60,814 nucleotides of DNA. Source: Candidatus Buchananbacteria bacterium (GTDB lineage: Bacteria > Patescibacteriota > Patescibacteriia > 2-01-FULL-39-33 > JBAYJR01). A program made the position numbers and the translations under genes. The DNA lies in contig JBAYJR010000001.1 of assembly GCA_041665005.1 (NCBI GenBank), positions 70,727-131,540 of the forward strand, in the 5' to 3' direction. Positions 55,199 through 60,814 of this stretch are shown in pieces (within the stretch, counting starts at the first letter, position 1; each line of letters starts with the position of its first letter). Below the pieces are notes generated by a model. That model saw only the letters and a list, made by a program, of their open reading frames with translations. It had not been told where the DNA came from and did not search any database.

Positions 55199-55340
55199 TA
55201 AGTCCTCCTGTTTTTTCAGGCGGGTGTTTATTATATCAAGGTTGAAGCTTTTGGTCAATTAGTTTGATTTGTGGATAAAATACTTAGGTTATTAAAGCGG
55301 ATAATTATGGGGTCTTGACAAGATTTTTAGCCTATGTTAA

Positions 55341-55370
55341 TATTTAGATATACATCTAAATATCTAAATA
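55341..55370 (+). promoter_or_regulatory. probable ArsR/SdpR operator overlapping the promoter
   Basis: Inverted repeat TATTTAGAT-atac-ATCTAAATA plus a third ATCTAAATA ending on the A of the ATG; TTGACA at 55315-55320. Confidence 0.7.
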
Positions 55371-55663
55371 TGTCTTTAACTAATACTTGGCAAGCGTTAG
55401 GGGATCAAAATCGCCGGCAAATCCTGGATTTGTTAAAAAAGGGGGATAAGGCCGTCGCCGAATTGGCAGTTCATTTTAAAATTACCCTACCAACCTTATC
55501 ACATCATTTAATGGTGTTAAAGGCGGCCAATTTAGTCACGGCTACCAGACAAGGTCAGCAGATTATTTATTCTTTAAATTTAAGCGTCTTTGAAGAGGTG
55601 GCGGCCGAAGTATATAATTATTTTAATAAATCTAAAAAATTAATTAAAAAAAAGTATGACTAA
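55370..55663 (+). CDS. ArsR/SmtB family repressor (SdpR-like)
   Basis: ALGDQNRRQILDLL, TLSHHLMVLK, RQGQQIIYSLN; start at ATG 55370. Confidence 0.9.
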   Translation: MSLTNTWQALGDQNRRQILDLLKKGDKAVAELAVHFKITLPTLSHHLMVLKAANLVTATRQGQQIIYSLNLSVFEEVAAEVYNYFNKSKKLIKKKYD

Positions 55664-56318
55664 TTATCTTAAAGCTTCCTGGCGGACGGAAATTATTCCC
55701 GTGTTGTTAATAATTTTAGCGGTGGCCAGCAGCTTTTACTTTTATGCCAATTTTCCAGAGCAGGTGCCAATCCATTGGAATGTTTATGGTCAAGTTGATG
55801 GTTGGTCTAGCCGAGCGTTTGGCGCCTTCTTTTTCCCCGCCTTGATTACCGGGATGTATTTATTATTTTTTATTTTTCCCTATTTAGATCCCAAAAAGGA
55901 ACGTTATGAACAATTTGCCAAGGCTTATCATATTTTTAAAGGAGCGATTGTTGCTTTTGTAGCGTTACTGTATTTTTATACTAGCTTAATTGCCTTGGGT
56001 CATCAATTGTTGCCAGTCAATGTGGCAGTGCCAGTTGGTATAGGGGTATTATTTATTATTATTGGCAACTATTTAGGCAAAGTAAAAGCTAATTGGTTTA
56101 TGGGTATTCGTACGCCGTGGACTTTATCTAGCGAAGAAGTTTGGAATAAAAGCAACCGCTTGGGTGGTAAAATCTTTATCATTATGGGTTTATTTTCGGT
56201 TTTAGGTTTTTGGTTGCCCTCAACCATCTTTTTTGGCATTTTTATCACCATGGTAATTGTGGGTTCGTTAATCCCGATAGTTTATTCTTATTGGTTGTGG
56301 CGCAAACTTAATCATTAA
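55656..56318 (+). CDS. SdpI family membrane immunity protein (DUF1648 + SdpI)
   Basis: PEQVPIHWN...VDG, NWFMGIRTPWTLSSEEVWNKSNR. Confidence 0.92.
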   Translation: MTNYLKASWRTEIIPVLLIILAVASSFYFYANFPEQVPIHWNVYGQVDGWSSRAFGAFFFPALITGMYLLFFIFPYLDPKKERYEQFAKAYHIFKGAIVAFVALLYFYTSLIALGHQLLPVNVAVPVGIGVLFIIIGNYLGKVKANWFMGIRTPWTLSSEEVWNKSNRLGGKIFIIMGLFSVLGFWLPSTIFFGIFITMVIVGSLIPIVYSYWLWRKLNH

Positions 56319-56432
56319 AAATTATTAGTAAGACGCTAAAAGGCGGCTGAAAAATCAGTCGCTTTTAGTTTGGAGTTGATCAAATTAATTAAGCTTGCTA
56401 TAATTGTTTTAACCAAGCGGAATTTATTTTTT

Positions 56433-57110
56433 ATGAAAATTTTGCCAGCCATTACTACGACCGGTCAAACTGATTGGCGAGAAAAAATTGTTGAGCTTAA
56501 CAAACTAGACCTAACCGAGGTCTGTTTTTTTCCGACGGGTTTAGCGTCAACGGAACGCCAAGAGGCTTATAAATTGCTTAAAAAATCTAAAATTAAAAGT
56601 ATTCCTTTTGTGCATTTACGTTCGGATATGTCGCCGGACGAAATTGAATTTTTAATTGCAAATTTTAAAACTAATATTTTTAATATTCACGCCATGAGTG
56701 AATGGCCACTACAGTATGATTTGAGTAAGTATTTAAGCCAAATGTATTTGGAAAATTCCGCTTACCCAATGCCAGAGGCCGAGGTTAAACAATTGGCGGG
56801 AGTTTGTTTGGATTATGCGCATCTAGAATCTCGCCGGTTGGAAGGCTCGCCGTTATATTCGGCGCAGTATCAATTATTTAAAAAATATCCCATCGGTTGC
56901 GCGCATATTAGCGCTTTATCTCAGCAAGCTTATTATAATCCAGAGCGAAAAGAAATTCAGCATGATTTACACCGCTATGCCAATTTAAACCAATTTGATT
57001 ATTTAGAGAGTTATAAAAATTTTTTAGCGCCTTTGGTTGCCATGGAATTAACCAATTCAATTAGTGAACAGTTGGTCGCTATAGAGTATATCAAAAAGAT
57101 ATTCAAATGA
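56433..57110 (+). CDS. hypothetical protein, possible TIM-barrel metalloenzyme
   Basis: FVHLRSD, FNIH, LEN, CLDYAH, AHIS, MEL spacing of metal-ligand residues. Confidence 0.55.
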   Translation: MKILPAITTTGQTDWREKIVELNKLDLTEVCFFPTGLASTERQEAYKLLKKSKIKSIPFVHLRSDMSPDEIEFLIANFKTNIFNIHAMSEWPLQYDLSKYLSQMYLENSAYPMPEAEVKQLAGVCLDYAHLESRRLEGSPLYSAQYQLFKKYPIGCAHISALSQQAYYNPERKEIQHDLHRYANLNQFDYLESYKNFLAPLVAMELTNSISEQLVAIEYIKKIFK

Positions 57111-57182
57111 TTTAGCAGCAAAGATTTGACAAAGTTTTTTGGTATGTGCTAAAGTAAAAATACCTTAACAATTACAACATTA

Positions 57183-57480
57183 ATGAGCAGGAATAGTAGG
57201 GAACGAGTTCGGTTTTAGCGAGCCAAGGTAGTTGCAAGCTTGGTACTAGAACGTTCTTGAACGCGCCTGTGAAATGACCTCGTGAATTAATTCAATAGCG
57301 GGGCCCGGCGGCGTCCGTAATCATGCGCTAACTGATGTCGTTTGGTTTTTAGAGCCAAAGCCTGAGTCAGTGAAAGTGATTAATCAATTCTTGGATTGGT
57401 TAATAACCGAGGTGGTACCGCGGGGTTAACTCCCGTCCTCTGTTGGCATTTTTTGCCAGTAGAGGACGGGATTTTTTATT
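57183..57480 (+). promoter_or_regulatory. T-box riboswitch, specifier CGC (Arg)
   Basis: GA motif AGGAATAGTAG, AGCGAG, GTTGCAA, GAA-CGC-G at 57259-57265, T-box GGTGGTACCGCG at 57411-57422, terminator TCCCGTCCTCT/AGAGGACGGGA+T6. Confidence 0.9.
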
Positions 57481-57510
57481 CCGTAAAATTCAAAAACAGG
57501 AGGAAGGTTT

Positions 57511-58101
57511 ATGAGATTAACCAGTTTTCAGTTAAGGTCAATTCAAAGAAGTGAAATTGATTTTTTGTTAAAGCCGTTAGCGGTTGATATGACTACCGGG
57601 GTTTTACGCCAAAGGACCAGAGAGGAATTAATTGAATTGTTGCCAAGTCTTCAAATTTTTTGGGATCAGGGCAAGTTAGTTGGTATGGTTGCTTTGACAA
57701 AATATGATTGGTGTAGTGAATTATCTCTGCTTTGGGTAGCGCCTAATTATCGCCAGCTTGGTTTAGGTCGGGAGTTGGTGGCTCAAGCTTTTTTTACCGC
57801 TCAGGAGCTTGCTGAAAATTTAATTTTTATTTGCACCGTTTCGCCAACTAAAGTAAATTGGTTTAAAGCATTAGGTTTTCATGAAGCCTCAGCTTCAGCA
57901 GTGCCGGATAAAAAGTGGCAAAATTATCCCGCTAATCGTCAGCCGATAGTTATGCTACAAGAAGTTTCTCATTATCTTAAGCAGTTCTGTTGCTGTCGGG
58001 AATGCGCTGGCCGGGGATGGGAATTTGCTGATCGTTGGGATAAAGTTGATTGTCCGCTGTGTTGCGGTACTGGTTATGAAAATGAACTGCTAAAAAAATA
58101 A
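57511..58101 (+). CDS. GNAT acetyltransferase, ArgA C-domain-like, with C-terminal Cys-rich finger
   Basis: GVLRQRT, LVGMVAL, ELSLLWVAPNYRQLGLG, FKALGF, VPDKKWQNY; CRECAGRG...CPLCCGTG. Confidence 0.78.
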   Translation: MRLTSFQLRSIQRSEIDFLLKPLAVDMTTGVLRQRTREELIELLPSLQIFWDQGKLVGMVALTKYDWCSELSLLWVAPNYRQLGLGRELVAQAFFTAQELAENLIFICTVSPTKVNWFKALGFHEASASAVPDKKWQNYPANRQPIVMLQEVSHYLKQFCCCRECAGRGWEFADRWDKVDCPLCCGTGYENELLKK

Positions 58102-58112
58102 GCAGAAAATTA

Positions 58113-58154
58113 GCCCCGGTATAGTTTAGAGTACTATACCGGGGCCTCTTTTTT
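58113..58154 (+). terminator. intrinsic terminator
   Basis: GCCCCGGTATAGT/ACTATACCGGGGC followed by a T-run. Confidence 0.85.
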
Positions 58155-58206
58155 AATTAGGGGCCTTTACAAATTTTTAAATTAGTAATAGAATGGGCAT
58201 AACTAT

Positions 58207-58479
58207 ATGACTAAGTCTGACCAAGGGCCAATTGATGAAGAATTAGAGTTTGCAATTTTAAAGGAATTACTGCACCAGTATCGACAGCAGGATATTTTAG
58301 CTGTTACCAAGGTGATTTGCGATTTTGTAGAAAAGTTAAGGGAAAAATATCCCAATCATCAAGATTATAAACTTTATCATTTACTGGTTGGCGGTTCGGC
58401 TAAGGGCACACAATTTGATTTTCCGGACGAAGATTCTATTGCTAAGTTTATTGAACAACATTCTAAGTTTGGCGGTTAA
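58207..58479 (+). CDS. hypothetical protein, 90 aa
   Basis: ATG-led ORF with promoter-like upstream; YKLYHLLVGG...FDFP. Confidence 0.6.
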   Translation: MTKSDQGPIDEELEFAILKELLHQYRQQDILAVTKVICDFVEKLREKYPNHQDYKLYHLLVGGSAKGTQFDFPDEDSIAKFIEQHSKFGG

Positions 58480-58522
58480 AAAAGTTTGTTAGTAGTTATT
58501 ATATAAATAAGGAGGCTGTTTT

Positions 58523-58888
58523 GTGAAACAGGTAGTTTGCGCAGTAGTGATTAATAAGGGAAGGGTTTTGGTGGTTAGAAAGAAGGAAGCTTGGTTTTTG
58601 CCGGGAGGTAAACCACAAATTGGAGAAGATGATTGGCAGTGTTTGGCCAGGGAATTTAACAAAGAATTGCCAAAATTAGTCTTGAGCAATTCAGAGTACC
58701 TTAATTCTTTTTTTGGGACCGCGCCACAGCGAAGCGACCGATTTTATGTCAGGGTTTATTTGGTTAAGGTAAAAGGGGAGTTAACTACGGCCGCGGCGAG
58801 ATGGGTCAGTAAGCCTGAAGAGTTGGGGTTAAATGAAATCACCAAAAAAATAATTATTTTTCTTAATCAAAATAATTATTTACAGTAA
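58523..58888 (+). CDS. NUDIX hydrolase (degenerate box)
   Basis: VLVVRK, WFLPGGKPQIGEDDWQCLAREFNKEL; AAGGAGG SD. Confidence 0.8.
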   Translation: MKQVVCAVVINKGRVLVVRKKEAWFLPGGKPQIGEDDWQCLAREFNKELPKLVLSNSEYLNSFFGTAPQRSDRFYVRVYLVKVKGELTTAAARWVSKPEELGLNEITKKIIIFLNQNNYLQ

Positions 58889-58893
58889 TTAAT

Positions 58894-58930
58894 AAAAACC
58901 AGAGAATTTAATTCTCTGGTTTATTTTTTT
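58894..58930. terminator. bidirectional terminator
   Basis: AAAACCAGAGAAT/ATTCTCTGGTTT flanked by A- and T-runs. Confidence 0.78.
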
Positions 58931-59067
58931 GGGTCTTTTATTGGGTGCTGATTGGCCGGTACTGGCCTTAACTCATCTGGGTTGGTTACTCCAGAGCAGC
59001 TTTTGGGTTCTGTTCCGGTTTGTTTGTTTAATTTTTCTATTGCCAAGATGTAATCCGTAGTTAACAT
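58921..59067 (-). CDS. small orphan ORF, 48 aa (not in ORF track)
   Basis: AGGAGG then ATG: MLTTDYILAIEKLNKQTGTEPKSCSGVTNPDELRPVPANQHPIKDPKK; stop codon lies in the terminator. Confidence 0.5.
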   Translation of the reverse strand: MLTTDYILAIEKLNKQTGTEPKSCSGVTNPDELRPVPANQHPIKDPKK

Positions 59068-59164
59068 AAGCTCCTCCTATCTAAAAAATATAGCAAATTA
59101 TTATAAATAAATCAAGCAGTTTAAATTTTTGTTAATTTGGCTTAGGCTTGCATATTCAGTAAAT

Positions 59165-59520
59165 AAAAAAAGGAAGATCACTTGTTGGATCTTCCTTGAT
59201 AAATCGGGCAGGGAAGCCCTGAAACCGTATAGCACCGGATGTCTCCGTACTATTCCGGGGTCACTAATGGCCGTCCGGTCTTCCACTTGTTGACCGTAAT
59301 TTCTGGTCAACTTCGACTCCGACTAGCGGCTGATAAATCAGCCCCGTTCCACTAAACAGTTAGCTAATCATCAAAGTCTTCCGAATTGCTGTGCGTCACC
59401 ATTAGCCTTCAATAGGCATTGGAGCGGGGGACTTGAACCCCCACCATTTTTTTAAAAAAAGAAGTGGTTTTGGTCTGTTTTCAAAAGAGCAATTTGGCTG
59501 CGCCTGCCTCCATATCCCTG
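59165..59520 (-). ncRNA. unidentified structured RNA (~350 nt)
   Basis: Promoter TTGACA-N16-TAATAT (59556-59529); several perfect helices; terminator AGGAAGATC/GATCTTCCT+T7. Confidence 0.6.
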
Positions 59521-59632
59521 TTGCTAGTATATTAGCAGAAGATTAGTTTTTGTCAAGAGAATTTAAGGGGTTGTAAAATGATTAGATTAGGGTTATCATA
59601 TAATGTAATAGCAAGTAAAATTATTATTGTAT

Positions 59633-60520
59633 ATGAATAAATTAAAAATATTGAATGCGGTTTATTGTGATCCGAATAATCACAATCATGGTTATAACGC
59701 TACCGCCATATTAAACAAAATATTAAACGGAAACAAATTATATGTAGCAGGATACCCCGGGTCTTACAATGCTTTGTTTAAAAGTTACGATTCTGCTTTT
59801 AATGACCCGGCGCTAGGAACACCAAAAATTTTAGAAATTAAACTGAATTTTGGATGGAAAGTCTATGAAAAAACTTATAAAGAAGATCAAATAATCAACT
59901 TATTCGATGATTTGGTAGTTGGTAGTAAGAGGTTTGAGTGGAATCGGTTTATTCGTAACCAGTGGGTGGTTGCAATAGGTAGCGGCATAGTTGTTGTTAT
60001 ATTCGGTTATTTTTTTAGCGATAGCAGTCTATTTCAATTTAAAAACAGTAATATAGGACAAATGTCTATTGGGAGCGGCGATAATGTCGCTGGAGATAAA
60101 ATTACTTATTTATCAACATCAACGTCCTCGGTCAACGTTGACAAAGAGTACTCGAATATTAGTCCTCAAGAGATAATAAATATTATTAATAAACAACCGA
60201 ACTCTGCTCTGAAGCAAGAATTTTTTGATAAATACTACAAAGGCAAGAGAGTATCATGGCTGGGAACAGTGGCGGATGTAAAAAATTCTATGACGTTAAG
60301 AGCGTCATCGACAGAATTATTAATATATTTCTATCAGCCGTTCTCAGTAACCTTTAATAGTTTAGATATTCAAGGTCCAAAATTTAATGATCTTAAAACA
60401 TTAGATCAGAGTAATAAAGTACAACTAGTTATTCGGGGAAAAATTGATAGGATTAGTGATATTGGCGGCCGTTTTGATCATTTTTTCATAATTGCCGAGG
60501 ACTATGATTTTGTTAAGTAG
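59633..60520 (+). CDS. single-TM hypothetical protein, AT-rich; N-domain possibly SUEL/DUF3395-like
   Basis: ILNAVY...NATAIL...NDPALGTPKILEI pattern; TM at about residues 110-130. Confidence 0.55.
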   Translation: MNKLKILNAVYCDPNNHNHGYNATAILNKILNGNKLYVAGYPGSYNALFKSYDSAFNDPALGTPKILEIKLNFGWKVYEKTYKEDQIINLFDDLVVGSKRFEWNRFIRNQWVVAIGSGIVVVIFGYFFSDSSLFQFKNSNIGQMSIGSGDNVAGDKITYLSTSTSSVNVDKEYSNISPQEIINIINKQPNSALKQEFFDKYYKGKRVSWLGTVADVKNSMTLRASSTELLIYFYQPFSVTFNSLDIQGPKFNDLKTLDQSNKVQLVIRGKIDRISDIGGRFDHFFIIAEDYDFVK

Positions 60521-60814
60521 CTAATCATTCTTCAACGGATGAAACTTTTTATGCGTTTCTTGGGCATATTTATCTGAGGCATGAACATACCTGGTGGTGG
60601 TATCTAGCGATTCGTGACCAAGCAAAATCTGAATCGCCGCGGGATTGGCGCCGCCTTCGGCTAGGTAAGTGGCAAAGCCGTGGCGTAAAGAGTGCGCCGA
60701 GAGGGGAACAGTGATATCTAATTTTTCCCGGTAGTGTTTAATACGCTCCTGCAAATAATTGGTGGAGATTTTTTTATTTTTATCGCTGGCGTTTAAACCG
60801 CGCAGGGGAATAAA
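60521..60814 (-). CDS. tyrosine recombinase/integrase, C-terminal part (5' truncated by window)
   Basis: HSLRHGFAT, LLGHESLDTTTRY (H-x-x-R, H, Y); frame open to the window end. Confidence 0.93.
   Translation of the reverse strand, partial: FIPLRGLNASDKNKKISTNYLQERIKHYREKLDITVPLSAHSLRHGFATYLAEGGANPAAIQILLGHESLDTTTRYVHASDKYAQETHKKFHPLKND

Noticed and set aside
8484-55258. Track starts at TTG 8486, 55258, 12576, 23460, 28764, 35297, 38464, 45021, 56370
   Set aside because: Some coincide with -35 boxes (8486, 55258). The others are upstream extensions through promoter or neighbouring-gene DNA. Downstream ATGs fit SD position or family N-termini better.
269-58689. Many short ORFs in the track overlapping longer genes (e.g. 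1223-1447, 5314-5556, 8245-8493, 16607-17071, 33015-33308, 49869-50168, 58489-58689)
   Set aside because: They are antisense or alternate-frame shadows of genes with clear family motifs and have no independent signals.
59101-59310. 69-aa ORF on the - strand inside the RNA
   Set aside because: TTG start without SD, runs through the terminator, and lies in helix-rich sequence.
59421-59432. c-di-AMP (ydaO) riboswitch suggested by GGAGCGGGGGAC on the + strand
   Set aside because: The other conserved blocks (GCUGAAUCC, GGGGUGAAUC, CAGCUAAC) are missing, and promoter/terminator polarity favours the - strand.
59415-59450. tRNA gene or standard tmRNA at the T-arm-like hairpin
   Set aside because: No matching D-arm, anticodon arm or 7-bp acceptor stem upstream; no CCA context; no tag peptide frame.
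1-60814. Complete DGR (reverse transcriptase, template repeat, Avd) or retron in this window
   Set aside because: No RT motifs and no AAC-rich near-copy of 25075-25185 were seen, and no GC hairpin follows the candidate variable region. Only a putative remote target is claimed.
1-60814. Alternative genetic code (UGA=Gly, as in Gracilibacteria/Absconditabacteria)
   Set aside because: Conserved genes are full length under code 11 with no in-frame TGA interruptions.

Overview
The window looks like a Patescibacteria (CPR, probably Parcubacteria) chromosome segment in genetic code 11. This is inferred from the gene content, the AT-rich leaders without Shine-Dalgarno (SD) sites on core genes, and CPR-typical hypothetical families. 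The + strand is G/T-rich. Core genes: rodA, rplY, prmC, prfA, rpmE, rpsB-tsf, gap, secD-secF, mnmA, alaS, infA-rpmJ-rpsM-rpsK-rpsD-rpoA-rplQ-rplM-rpsI, priA-def-fmt and gltX. Also present are a surface-glycan cluster, an sdpR/sdpI-like pair and, at the right edge, the 3' end of a tyrosine recombinase. About a dozen orphan genes with strong SD sites, most with their own promoter and terminator, are scattered between the core genes. Best leads: (1) a ~300-nt stand-alone RNA (54622-54924) built of tandem modules whose hairpins change sequence but keep pairing; (2) a protein with a diversity-generating retroelement (DGR)-type variable C-terminus (24127-25185), next to a paralog that shares its N-terminal module but carries an 11-repeat solenoid; (3) an unidentified ~350-nt structured RNA near the recombinase; (4) an Arg-specifier T-box riboswitch ahead of an ArgA-like acetyltransferase; (5) RpoA with an acidic tail plus AT-hook in place of the alpha-CTD; (6) SecD with an apparently circularly permuted parvulin insert. 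No rRNA, complete tRNA, CRISPR array or reverse transcriptase was seen. All family assignments come from motif recognition by eye; no database search was run.
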